Assembly: GCF_000150275.1 (NCBI RefSeq)
Contig: NW_002060948.1
Span: 5,626,336 to 5,690,335, forward strand
Reading direction: 5' to 3'
DNA from: Trichoplax adhaerens
Taxonomy: Eukaryota; Animalia; Placozoa
DNA: 64,000 nt
The position numbers were made by a program, and so were the translations under genes. Below, one piece after another: positions 33,301-47,200 of the stretch. The notes beneath the pieces were generated by a model. That model searched no databases. It worked only from the letters and a program-made list of their open reading frames with translations, and was not told where the DNA came from. How positions within the stretch are numbered: the first letter of the stretch is position 1; each line of letters begins with the position of its first letter.

Positions 33301-36300
33301 ATGAAATAATATTCTTGAATTATATTATTATTCAGCATGATGATATTTTGAATACAAGGAAACGATTGATAATTTCACAAAATAATATTATTAGTTACTC
33401 TTCCCTCGGCTTGACTATAGAAATAACTCTTACGGAATGCTTGGTGTTATATTGTACTTATTGGAATACATAGACTACTAAATAAAAGCCTATTTTTAGG
33501 AGTCCATGGCATCACTAATCATTTGTAGCGTTATATTATAGTTAAAAATTTACAAATCTGCTTGTTCTTATCCGAAAAAAATTTAGACTGCTATTAATAA
33601 TGAGAACTAAGCGTATTTCTTTGATCGTACTAATTACGTAGTTTAAATATAATTTATCTTGATAGTTGTATTCAATTGAGGACAAAGTTACCGGTATATC
33701 ATAAATTTATTATTACTGTTGTTGACTCAATCATTCAAGTTGCTAGACTACTTTTAACGTCATTATAATGCGTAATTGGACTAACAATTTCGATCTTTAT
33801 CTAGGGAGTAACGAAATTAATTTGTATCAATAGTAATTGAAAGAAATAACCTTCCTTTTCCCCCTAATCTTGCTAGGGCTGAAGATTTTATCTTCTGGAA
33901 GGAAGTAAAGTGTTTACAACTCTGCTTGGATTGCTGTCGATTATCGTAACAATTACATGATAATCGGCAATTCTGATAAAGGAATGATAGTTATGGATAA
34001 ACAAATACAATATTGTAGTTCTGTATCATATTATCGTTAATAAACAACTTTGAACCACTATTGACTGCAATATAACTACACCCTGAATGAATTTTTTCTC
34101 TACAATCACTAAACTAGCTTAAAGGTGCCTTTGTTTTTTATAAGTAAATCAAGTTATATACAGTGAATGAAGTTAAGACAGTTTAATGAACAGATTGTGA
34201 ATATAAATTATTATTTTCATAAATCAATGATTTCAAATAGGTTAATTATGACATAGCATACTGACTTTCTATCTTCGATGTAAGTAATCAAAGTGGTCAA
34301 AGCGGACATTAAGAAATAGAACAATCGGCTATATTTATTCGTCGACTTGTTTGATTGGCATTTGTTTAATGCGACAGCTCCATTGGAATAAAATTGTAGA
34401 TGGCTTTATTTCCTTTTCATGAAATCGTTACATTAACATGTCACTATTAGCTAAAATCATTCTTGTTGTTGTGTTATTTTAATGGAGATAAATTGATTAG
34501 TAGCGTAAACCACAAGTATTTTCTTATATATTGTTAGCCACAATTAAGATAGACGTCATCAATCCTTCAATGAGAAGATAACATCTTTTTTCTTTTGTTT
34601 AAATAAAACAAGCAGAAAAATATACCAACATGTTAATCTACTATGAATAAAATCAGCACAAAATACGATTGTACGATTGGAATTATTTTGAAAGGTTTAA
34701 TTGAATCACTATAAGCGTAAGTCAAGGTGTATGATCTTGTCTTAATCAGTGTTATCCTAATTAATTACGATGATCACGTAATCATCTTTGATTTATGAAT
34801 AGCAACTGACATGATATATCCACAAGAGCTTATAGCTATACTATTCATCTTTATTCTTTCACGTACATTGATTGGAAATTGAGGTAGATCTGGAAATTTC
34901 TTTGGGATAGGAAATAACAACGTGATGTTACTTAAGCAATCAATACGGGCTTAATATGGCTTATTTACCGATGAAATTATCATGATGTATGCGTTTTACT
35001 GTAGAATGATAATATGCGAGCAGATTTAGCAATTTATCTGGATGAAAGTGTAACAATATATTATTTTACAGATCAATATAGCCCTACTATCGTCTATTTA
35101 CCGTAAAGGATGGCCCAATGATGTACATGAGAAGGAAAGTGCCGGCGAATTAGCATATAATTCATTGATAGATTCGTATATTGTATTGATATCATCTAAT
35201 AGTAGTAAGTATTGGCTTAACAGGAACACTTAAATTCTCACATCGGAATTAATGAGAAACTAAAGAGGCTAGTTATAGAGCACATGATTTAATAGATTCT
35301 ATTTCTGACATCTAGATTGATGAGGTATAGACACATTGAACATATAACTTTCAGACAGAAGATAACTGAATGTCATCATTCTGTAGATTAATAGAAATTT
35401 AATATGATCTTCTTGTAGTAAGTGATGGCTTTGTGATGAATTTAAACCCTTATTTTATATTAATAAGGCATAAGAAGATCTTAGAATAATTTTGCAGCCA
35501 GATAACGAAGCATTGTAAAACGATCATGACGGTAAGAGGCCAATTATCTGGATCTCTGCTCAGTAGGCGATCTAGCAGTATAAAGAGCACAATGATTATT
35601 CGTGGCTTAGAATAAGACATTGAGCTTAATTCATGCAATTTTTCAATCTTTAATTTTTTCTATATTCCTTGCGATTCTGATTGAATTACAATACTGAATT
35701 TTTAGTAATAAAGTAGAAATAGTAAGATAAAGTTCAATAACATGATCTTGATGATAGAATATTTCTGCAAAGTCTACCTTTAATAAACGTTGAATCAATT
35801 TGATTCCATTAATCTATTTTAAGTATGAAACAAATTAGATGGCAACGATTTAGTTTATTTGTAACAAGGAAGGCATTAATTATAACACTATTAGTCTTGT
35901 TAAATATATTAAATGCTTAAAAAAGGTTGATGTAATGATATCCCGGAGAGATATGACGTCCATAATTATCACGGTTGGAGTTCAAATAATAATTATGCAA
36001 CCTTGAAACTAGAAAAACACAGTAATAATATTCTCAAGGAATATTTTCTCCATTCATAATTGATAACTTTAAAGACAAATAAAGAGAACTATCAATAAGG
36101 TTTCTTCATACCTTATTTTATTATAGATTTTATATTTTCAAAATATCTTTAATAATCATAATTATCCCTAATATATTAATAGACGGTTTGCTATTAACTA
36201 TAATTGATCATCATTCGGTACAGAAATTTAATGTAATAAAGAGTTCATTATCATCAATGAAATCGTAGAGAGGATTTATTTGCAATACTGATGAACATGC

Positions 36301-37637
36301 TACGCTAAAAAGAAGTAAATAATTCGCTAATTGCATTAATTTGATTTAAATACTAGTTATAAGTGTATCTTTAAGAGGATAGTGACGAGCGCTTTGATTA
36401 TTTTACTGCTGATATGGTTAACATATTATTTGCCCAATTCTAGACGAAATTGTATAATTAAATCATTTAGCTAAATTAGATGAAATACTTCATTTTAATA
36501 CTCTATTACTGATGTTACCATAACTATCTAGTTGATGATATACAATCTGTCTTCAGTTGATAGATGAACAATGATCAGGGTTAATTAAATTGCATCCTAT
36601 GGAGCTTTATTCTGTAAAATAGAATATCAAAATGAAATTATCATGAAAAAAAGATAATAAAATTCAGTGTTACTATTCGAATAGTCAGCATAGTTTCCAT
36701 AAAATGATTACAATAATATCTGATTTTAAATAATGTATAGATATTGTTTGTGAACTATAGTTTACATTGACTATATTTAGTTCGAGAATTTTTGGGTAGG
36801 ATGATGAAAGTAATGAGTCTTGCTGTACAGTATATTTGAGATCTGAAAAGGTAGGGTAAATACTACGACAATTAATTGTCCATAGATTGAGCTAGCTATC
36901 TCAGTTAAGATATTGATATGATTTCTCTATTTTGAGATAAACATATTTCCTTAGTAGATAAGTAGCGTAAATTTTGGACTAATAACATGCTATAGAAATA
37001 TTAGCACTATATGATTTTGAAATGATGTAAAACTATGAAGTTTGCTAATGACTTAGAATAATTTGGGCTTAAAATCGAGATAATCAAATGCTCACACATC
37101 AGAATTTAGAAGTAACTTGAACGATTTGATATAGCGTAAATTCCTAGCCTTGATATCGCCTTATTTAATAAATCAGATCACCCAGCTTGTTTAATGTGTT
37201 CAATTTCAAGTTAAAAAATTTGTTACCTACTGTGCCACTCTGTAACGATGTTGATATGTCGAAATACCTACCATTGATTTATATTGACGATAGGTTAGTC
37301 AATTGTCCATGTATGTCATAACTTTGACCATCCGGTGTAGTCTCTATTGTCTCCCTTCCTCGTATCTTAAACTATTCCAAATGGATGACAACGAGGAAGA
37401 GGCGAAATTAAAGCATTTGTAGATTTATTAACTTACAGTTAATATCATATTAAAAAAGAGAATGGTAGACTCTATAGCTACGATAAGGATCAAGCTACCA
37501 TTAGATAACTCTGCCGTGCAGAGATTCACTTGTTGATCTGCAATAGAACAACTTGAATTATTCTGTTTAAGCTATTTGACAGGTCATATCATGGTAAATT
37601 AAGTTATAAAATTATAAGTAACTGATCTAATGTTAAA

Positions 37638-38485
37638 TTGCAGGATGTATATTTATTGCTTTAGGTATCATTTGGAATTGAATGAAGCTGGTAGCTGATA
37701 TTGTATTAGAAGAAAATTATTCGTCTTTATAAGTAATTTTAGTGTTATTACTGAGATTAAACCGCTAGTATAACCATAAATCAAGTTATAATGAGTCATA
37801 AAGTTTAATAAATGAAGCTTTGAGATCAAGAAACGTCTAAAAATCATGATAAATAAGCAAGTAAATTAATGCAATATTAACCCGCAGGTTTCATTTTTAC
37901 TGCATGAGGTATGATTTTGAAATAATTGAAAAAATATTATCATTTTGGAATGAAAATGATTGGGTTTATAGGCAATCATAGGAATAATGTTGAGATTATG
38001 TAGTTATACAGAGAATGACTAAAGACGAAATTATTGGAGATCTATATCGAGCAACTTAAAGTATTCTAAATCAACGATTTGAACAGTTAAGATCGGGAAA
38101 TGAGCTAAATATTATCGTCAATTAGTTGATAGGAGTGATAGGTAATTGAATCAACAATAGACCGTAGGTTGCATGTTTATAGCCTAAGGTATCATTTTAA
38201 AATGAATCAAACTGAAAATTAATATCATATTGAAATAAAAATGATAGAGTTTATAAGCAATCGTATCGATCTTACTGAGATTAGACATGTAAGATGACTA
38301 TAAATCAAGTTGCAGACGAGGTAGGACACGAAATTAGAAGTATTCTACATCAACTATTTCGATAAGAAAGGCGAAGAAATAACTGAATAGCATTACAGAA
38401 ATGAGCTGTTAGGATTATAGCCATTTGAACGTCGAATTGAACCGCAGATTGTCTACCTTAATTGCCTAAGGTGTCATTTTGAATG
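37638..38485. repeat. Degenerate tandem repeat, unit ~240-280 bp, three copies plus a partial fourth
   Basis: Recurring anchor (A)CCG(C/T)AG...TTA(T/C)(T/A)GC..AGGT(A/G)TCATTTT at ~37640, 37880, 38161 and 38441, followed by shared TTTATA(A/G)G(C/T)AAT and (C/T)TGAGATTA blocks; ATAAATCAAGTT occurs in copies 1 and 3. Confidence 0.75.
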
Positions 38486-38926
38486 ATATTGATTCATTTA
38501 AGTAGCTACCCACAATCTGTCGCCAACGTAAAGTAGATTGTTAGCTACTATAGATTAGTGGCATCAACAACAACATACACAATAATAACAACAACAACAA
38601 CAATAATCATGGTTTGTGATAATAATATTGGATAAAATAGTGACGAGTAGTTGTCATTGAAATAATTCATTTGATTTCCATGCATTGGATGATTTTGCCT
38701 GCCTATAGAAAGTTATGTTTGTGTCTATCCGCCTCTACTTGTATTTCAATAACTCCATTGGAATTTCAAATTTCAATATGGCTAAGATGGACAGTTATTG
38801 TCTACCTTCTCAAGCCAGCATTTACTACGTGATAAATATAGTAAATCGCAGGCATAGAAGTCAATTGATTGATTCTCTACCTACACTCTATTCTTTCCCA
38901 TTCAAACTGATCAAGACAATATTACA

Positions 38927-38990
38927 GTTACCTGGTGATAGATTACCATAGCAACGTTAGAGCGCGTGGCGTCACTGCGCTGTGATTGGT
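38927..38990 (+). promoter_or_regulatory. Putative rootletin promoter: RFX X-box(es), CRE-like site, inverted CCAAT
   Basis: GTTACCTGGTGAT (38927-38939), ATTACCATAGCAAC (38942-38955, one mismatch from GTTACCATAGCAAC), TGGCGTCA (38967-38974), ATTGG (38985-38989); a strong donor CAG|GTAAAG follows at 39265. Confidence 0.55.
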
Positions 38991-41209
38991 AGGATGGACA
39001 AACAGTTAGGTGTTTAATTTGAACTTATCTATATGTGAGAACAATGTTATCTATTATAATCCTTCTTTGTTTCGGTTAATTTAAATAGAAAGGGGCATTT
39101 TTTTTTATATGGAGAGAGGAGAGCAACTGCGTCTTAATCCCATTCGTCAAGTAGTCTATTTCTACTTCCTCCTCCCCCTTACTTCTACTCATTTGGATAG
39201 GCTAATACGGTTTAAGGAAGGTCTTACACACCGATCGACGTGATCTTATAACATATTGAAATCAGGTAAAGTTGAAAAAAGAGGAAAAGAAGACATAGGC
39301 AGGGGATATCTAAAAATAAAAACAATCTTTTACATTGTTGACATCATTGGCTTCATTACCGTTAATCAAGGTTAGAATTAAAAATAATGATGGCATTTTC
39401 TTCATCGTTTGATGAATTTATCGCCCATTTTTTGTTCATGCTCAATTTTAAACTTTTACTTTACTATTTTATGTCGGTTATTTTGCCATCACTTAATTGT
39501 CCATCTTCAATTTCTCACTTGATCCTCCTTCACACTTAAATAAATGAAATAGTGCAATAAACAAGTACGTAATTAATGAAAATGAACTTCTATCTACTGT
39601 TCACGGCTTAATGACTCGTCTCTTTGATATGGGTTATCTCGTTGTGCTTCATGGACATTAATCGAGCTGATTGATTTGATTCTATCAGTAGTCCTACCCA
39701 CTTGTGAAAGTCAATGCTAGTTTAGCTCTATGATCTTTATGATTTTACCTAATTTATCGAATCATGATCATCCAACGGCACACGATGAGTATCCTTAAAT
39801 TAGTGGCTAGGCATAAAAAAGGAAAAAAGGCCGTCACAGAGTAGATAGCGTCCTATCATTATACCAACTTGATTTACAGTAAATATGTCATGGGACTTTT
39901 AGCTTATCAATTTTTATATATTAGACTGTTGCTAATGCATAATTTTGCCTATAAAATATCAAACAACGTCTAGATTGATCATTCTTGAAAGGAAAATGGA
40001 ATATATCACACTTTATTGCTCAATTATCTCATTTGATCATGATAGGAAACTATCCAGACAATGATTGACAGTACATTTAGCACACGTTTAACTTTTGCCT
40101 ACGCTTAATCTTGATCCAATGCCAAGTTGAAATACTTCATCATCCAAACTCTTCTTACATAAAGGATAGAAATATTAAAAATGTCATCAGGATAATGATA
40201 GCTCGTCTATTGGAAAAATGTATCGCACAGATCAGTGATATTTCTACCCGTAACCAGGACGAAATAGGATAGAATGACTAGTGATTGTCAATGGAGTATA
40301 AATTACATCATGGTTTATACGAATATTTCAGCTAATGTTAGCACCGTACTGGAACGAATTAATGCATCCATAACAGCTTTTCAATGTCTCCATTAAATCT
40401 TAATAGGAAGATTGCATTCAGTGCAGACTTGAAATAAAGCGATTACCTAGCCACAGTCATGTCAGGGATATAAGCTCAATAACGGACTGATAATATAATG
40501 TCGATAGTAGGAAATGAGTACCGCAAAGTATTGAAAGGGACAAAGATCAAGATAGTTTGCTTATAGAATGGTTCTCGTCTAAACAGTCGATAACTTCAAT
40601 TATTGAGAACAAGGCAATATTGTAAAAAGTCTAAAAGTAATGGATCATAAAATTCCTCTTTTTCTGGTCAATGAACCACTTCACATGATGAATTAACCGA
40701 CTTTCAATGATTGCTTGGGTCGCTAGAATTAATTACATTAGCTTGTGGCCTTACAGTGGTTGATGTAGATATTTTAGTCTATCGTGAACACGATTTTTAC
40801 GTTCATTTTGCAAATGAAATGACCGAATAATGGATTTTCCCCATATAGTTTGATCTCTATTTTCAATGAATAGTCTGTAGAAATTCGATTCTACTCGCTG
40901 ACCTTTTATCATCAATAACCTAGAAGAAAACAAGGTCTGCTAAAATCATAGAATTTTATCCCACTAACTCAGTATCATTTCATCTAGTTGATTTAAAACT
41001 GTCAGCCTATAATTTATTGAAGTTGCTGATTTTGAAAGAAATAAAGTAGGCCAGACAATCAGCGATTGATTGCACTTACTAAATACTATCTAGAACAGGA
41101 TATGGGTGAAAAATCTAAACTATCCGAATCCTAAGTAGATGCTAAATGATTCTTTATCAAAACTAACTTTTAATCTTCATTTTGCCTCTATTTTTCTAGA
41201 CGCCACAGC

Positions 41210-44200
41210 ATGTCATCGCCTACTGTTCAGAACTTAAACGATGAAAATCGTTTACTTCAAAATGAATTAAATCGCGTTGAAGATATGCTAGCAGTATCAC
41301 GAGCAGAACGTGATGAAATCTATTCCAAGTATTCAGCAGTTAGCGAACGTGTAAGTAGCAAGATGTTGATAGAAATAATATCAATTCGATCATGATTGTA
41401 GTCCAAAAACGACTTTTACCCAACTTAGTCAAATAGTACAACAATTTGACAAAGGGATTGTATTTAATTGAATCATGGAACGATATTTAAAGAAGACTTT
41501 CTTTATATTTTATTTGAAGATCGATTATGCCACGTGTTTCAAATCATCATCCACTAGAATCTTAAAGTTAATAATGTTATAAATTCTATTTTACGCACTT
41601 CTTCCTAATTTAAGAGATGACTTTGATCGCCATTTTTAACTTCAATTGTTGATCGTTAGAATGCATATTTAAAGAGTTTCTTGGCTATTCTTTTCCTCGT
41701 TTTACGTTCTATTTTCGCTGCTTAATATTTCTAGCCGGCTTTGAGTAAGCTACAGAATAAATATCCTAAGGCTAGTTATAATATTTTATATTTTACCAAT
41801 AGCACATAGGCGTATAATCAAGTGGATTATAGAAGATTTAATCATCGTACTATACGACAAGTTGTTTAGTTTTTACTATCGCCAAACATCTTCCTATGCC
41901 AACATCTCGGTGTATAGTTAAATCAGAGGTAGAGTAACGCCTTGAAGGCATCAAAAATAGTATATAATCTGATTCTTGCCGCAATCAGACATAGATTTCA
42001 CCGAATATGCTGATATAGTCCTCAATCTTAAATTAATTATTAACAATGAGATAGAGGAAGTTAACCATGGCCTATAAATATTCTCAATTCATATTCATTC
42101 GAATTGATTTCAATCTTTTCCTCTCCTCTAAACACAATTCAAACTCTGAAATAAGCGAATTATTACCGTTAAAATGAGAATACTTTGTGCTTTGGTGATA
42201 GTATTAGGATAATCAATTTAGCTACAGCAATTGCTATTTCTGTTAACCGTTTGATCTAGATATGATCAACTACTTTGGTGATTGATTGCAACTCTGTTGT
42301 GTTTCTTTGAGATTGTATTCAAATTAATTTCAGTATTTGACGGCCGTAGATTTTTGCTTAATATTACGTACTGTAAAAATTCCGTATATTAGTATACAAC
42401 GACGATCCATTTTATAGATGATTTGTGTTTATAAAAAAAATCTTTAGATAGTAGTTATATCAAAGACTTTACCGGTTGATGAATACTATATTTTCTCGTA
42501 AAAAGAATAGTTCATAAATACGAAAAGATTCTAGATTAGTTTAGACACCTAATCCGAGATGATAGTTTCATTTGGAATTTAAAAATAACGGATAATCATT
42601 GTGATTTCTAAGTAGAAATTGTTTTGTATACTCTACTATATCGTCTTAATTAACTCCAACAGATTTATTGACCATCATGATGATAAACAAATCTTAACCA
42701 GATTTGGGCCTTTGGTAATATCAAAGTATCGTTCATCTCGGGAAAGCATATTTTAGCATACATATATAAGAAAAGGCTGTATTTAAAGGAATTTTCCCCC
42801 TATAATTTGTCTTGGGAGTCTTGTTCTTCATCAGTCTTTTTCTGTCATGGATGCAATATACTTAAATCAATTACTTATACATACAAAGGCTATTCTATTC
42901 TTAATGCCTCCTACTGCTATAATTAACTATTGACGTGTAAAAATTATATTGCACCTGCTCCCCCCTGCAACGCTAGTATATTTTTAATCGGTAAAAGAAT
43001 CGCTGCCCACTAGTCTCATGACTTAAATTCAAAGTTGACTCAATTTAGATTGAATAATATGCAACTGCTATGGGAATTAATCGCTCTGTAACGATAATCT
43101 TACTGTAAACATAGCTAATTACTCAAGCTGCCGAAATTAATTATAATTATAACGGTGATGATATGAACAACTTTATTGACTTATCCGACAAATCATTATT
43201 ATGTAGTTGGATGCTATAGTGTAAGGTTGATATAGGGTTACTATAGCTTAATGTAATTAGTAAAGTTCTATGCTTTATCCTAATTGATGGAATAAACAGT
43301 TATTCAAGGCTGAACTTATTTTTAATTTAAATAGTATCGAGTAATTTTAGTATATTAATGTTATTTGAATAGCAGCTAGTTTAGAAGGGGTTTCCCTTCC
43401 TTTTCGAGATTGACAAAATCGCTAAGCTAAATACGATTATCTTAGTTACGTAAAGCAATTTATAAAAATTTAGAAGCACCCAAGTTTGAACACAAGGATA
43501 GTTACTGTATGAATTTATAGCTTTCAAAATTCAGTACTATTCGGATAATGTCCGCAGATCGTCTTTATTTATCTAAAACAGTCCGGAAGGCGTTTCCTTC
43601 TATTTTATGATTGATTTTAATAGCGAGTACAATTAACTGAGTTATATAGTTATTTCTGAATTTATAGCGATGAAAAATTCAGCAAAAATACCGCTGGATA
43701 AGCGACTTTGAAGCGAAATCGAGCTAACTCCACATAACATTAATCGAGTAGTCGGTTTCTATTTGCATGATAGGGATGAAGTTTAGTTTATTATATTGCT
43801 ATTTTTAGTCAACCGGAAAGTCGTTTTTCATTAAGCGTATTCTATTTGATTGATTGCTGACAGTAGTTGATAGACAATTTAAACACTCTATTTTCACTGA
43901 TTCCATACCCTGGAATTATTGAATCAACGGATGACCATTTACCAACCATCTAAATTATATCTAAACACCTTAATTAGCTTGCAAAAAAAGATTATGACTA
44001 TGTCGAATTCATTAAACACAGCCAAACCTAGAACAATCATCATTGATCATCGACTAGTCCTTCAACTGACCTTTGCACAACATTGCCCTTAATCGATCCA
44101 TTTGTATCGTCAATATGGGCAGTTAAGGATGTAATTGAAAATTCGAATCACTTTATTGTTTATCATCCATTGATATTGTTATCATTTATTTCAATGGATT

Positions 44201-47200
44201 ATTCTTATCGATCAGTCTTGTCTGTATTTTCGACTAGACTATCAATAGAATGTGTCTACTTAAATACAATAGTTATCAAAGCCAGATACTATAAAATTGT
44301 AGATAGAGTCGAGAGTTTAGAAAATTGTTTTTACTATTGTCTACAGCAAGCAAGGTTGCTATTTTTCATCCATTGTCAGTTATCTTTCAAAACATTTGAT
44401 ATCTACTGTTAAACTATCTCTCCACCGCGACAACTATGGCAAGAAGGGTATCAATGAATAGCTATCTTAGATAACATTGATCTTATCTATATTTTATCTA
44501 TGCTAGTCTACGCAACTAAGAATTGAATATCGATTTTACTGCTATTCTGCAATATTTGCGTCAACATTTTCTTCCATTTTTTCAATTCCTATCATCATAA
44601 ACGGAACACTGCTTTCTATACAATTCTTTCTACATTATAGCTAGCCCGAGCTGCTTTAATTTTGCTTTTTAATACTACGACATTTACAAGAGAGAACGTC
44701 AGCTAAATCGTAGATACTTTCAATCCAAAATGATGACTATTATAAAATCGCAGACTTTTCTGTAGAATAGAAATACCGTACTTGTACATGTATAAAGCCA
44801 GTATTCTCTCCGGACCGATGATGATTAGAATAGTTGATTTTATGCAGTTTCGATTTGGTGAAATGATATTTGCTTCAATTTAACTATGGTTTAAAGGCAT
44901 CCTTTAGATGAATAAGTACGATAGAACATAAGATTGAAATTCCTTTTGCTATTTTCCTTGATGTAAGGAATAATAAAAAAGAGGCAAATTCTAAATAAGT
45001 TTGAATTTTAATAAGAAGCTATTTCGGTCAAAGCTATTAAAATTCGAAGCCTTTTTAGACAAATAATGACGATAAAAATATAAGATTGATTTCGCATTTA
45101 CTAATTTATTTAGTATATAGAGAGTGATTGTAGAAAGCAATTACGGCTTGACTCTAATATGTTGATATTTCATCTCATGCAATGAATGTTAAAAGCCTCG
45201 TTCAGGCAAATAGGACTGAACATAGGTTTAAGGTCTACTATATGAAATAAGGACAATTTGTTTAATAAGGATCATTTAATGAGTTTTTTAAATCATCAAT
45301 TATCTAAATAAGTGGGAAATTGATTAATTTTATAATTGAAAGCACCTATTTTTGATGGGTAAGATTGACAGTGTTTAACTCTATCTCTATGTTCTCTTTA
45401 GTTGGAGCAACTGCTTCAAGTTTCGTCTGGTGATATTGAACGCGATACAATGACTCCAGATATCGGATTAGTTCATCAAAATGTCTCGTTGAGATCAAAG
45501 TTAGAAGATGAACATAATACTTATAAACGAAAGATACAAGCGTATCAGGATGGACAGCAACGACAAGCCTTGCTCATTCAGAAATTGCAAAGCAAAGTAA
45601 GTTAAAGGCTGGAGATTGATCGCATATGATTTTTATTATTACTGGTCTCCCATCATTGATTTATGATGAAAGACTAGGCTATACAACGGCGATCGGCTGT
45701 AATTGATTTATTATTGTTTACTGAATAAATTATTCATCAATGGAAGTTAAGGCGACAGATTTTTCATCACCTTCTATTGAAAATGTTATAAATGCACAAT
45801 CATCGGATGGCCCCTTCCATGTATTGATCATTTTCATTTTTAATTTTTTATAAGGTTTTACAGTATAAGCGTAAGTGTAGCGAGCTAGAAAATCAGCTTG
45901 GAGAGAAAGCAAGATACGCAGATGGTGCTAAAGTTCAAGTAAGTAGAGTTTTCTTAACTTTATTAAATAAAAATAATTCAATTAATTAAATAGGCAAGCG
46001 CAATTACGATTCAAATCCCACCTAGTTAATTTATTAGGTCAGCTCCATTATTGCATCGACAGTCGCAATAGCTTGGCCTAGGCGTTATATATTAGTCATA
46101 AAATATTATTTTTAGTCCTATTTTTACTACGTCAATAATTACTTGGCTAATTAATGATTATGACGTTGATTGTTACCTATGACCTTTTCGACGAAAATAT
46201 TGTATAAACTTTACATCATTTGTGTTGATTCACAAGTATTTATTAATTATGATCGCATTCGGGAAATGATTCTAAATTTTGCAGCTGCAAAGTATGGATG
46301 ATTTACAACAACGATTAAAGGAGACCGAAGACAAGTTAAGAGTAGCTCAAGATGAGTACCAAAATGAATTGGAAACTTCATTGATTAAATTAGATGAAGA
46401 GCAACAACAGTAAGATACAGTTATGATATGTTATTTTTACTTGTCCTGTATCACCATAACAAATATTTCATCGTCAATTAATTATTAGAAATCTGAACTT
46501 GAATCAAGTTAATACCGTTTTACGAGAGCAACTTGGACAACTAAATGGACAGGTTCAACAGTTACAGAGTGAAAACCAAAAATTATTAGCAGAAACTGCT
46601 GATTTGAAAGATGAGCTAGAACAGCGTGATGCAGAAGAATTGGTAAGTTAAAATAATACCTAGAAGGTTTACATGGATTCTATAAAGCAGAAGAGTCTTT
46701 TAATGATTTACAATAAACAATTAAGTAGTTGAAATTAAATACCATCCTAACACTTATTATATTCACATTAAATTATAGGAACAGAAAACTATCGCACAAG
46801 GTGAAAATAATCGCCTCATGTCCTTATGGAGAACGGTCATTGCTTTCCGCAGAGAATTTGGCAATTTGAAATCAGCAACTCAAAAGTAGGCAAAATATGC
46901 AGAATAAATTTGCAGACTTAGATGATCATGCATCTCTTTGCGCCTTTAAATATATTGATTGATGCCATTAGGGATTTATCTCAAGTACGAGCTGATGTTG
47001 TTAAATCCGCACGAGGTGTGCACACATCCTTACTGGATTTCGAGCGAAATCTGCGAAACGAACACTATAATCTTCAGTCTGCATTGGATAAAGAAAATGC
47101 AGAACGTCGCAATGTAAATTAATTTTAGTTTAATACCTTGTATCTTGTCTATTTTAAAACGTTATAGAAATTGTGATTGTTAGCATGTACTGTTTTGCAA

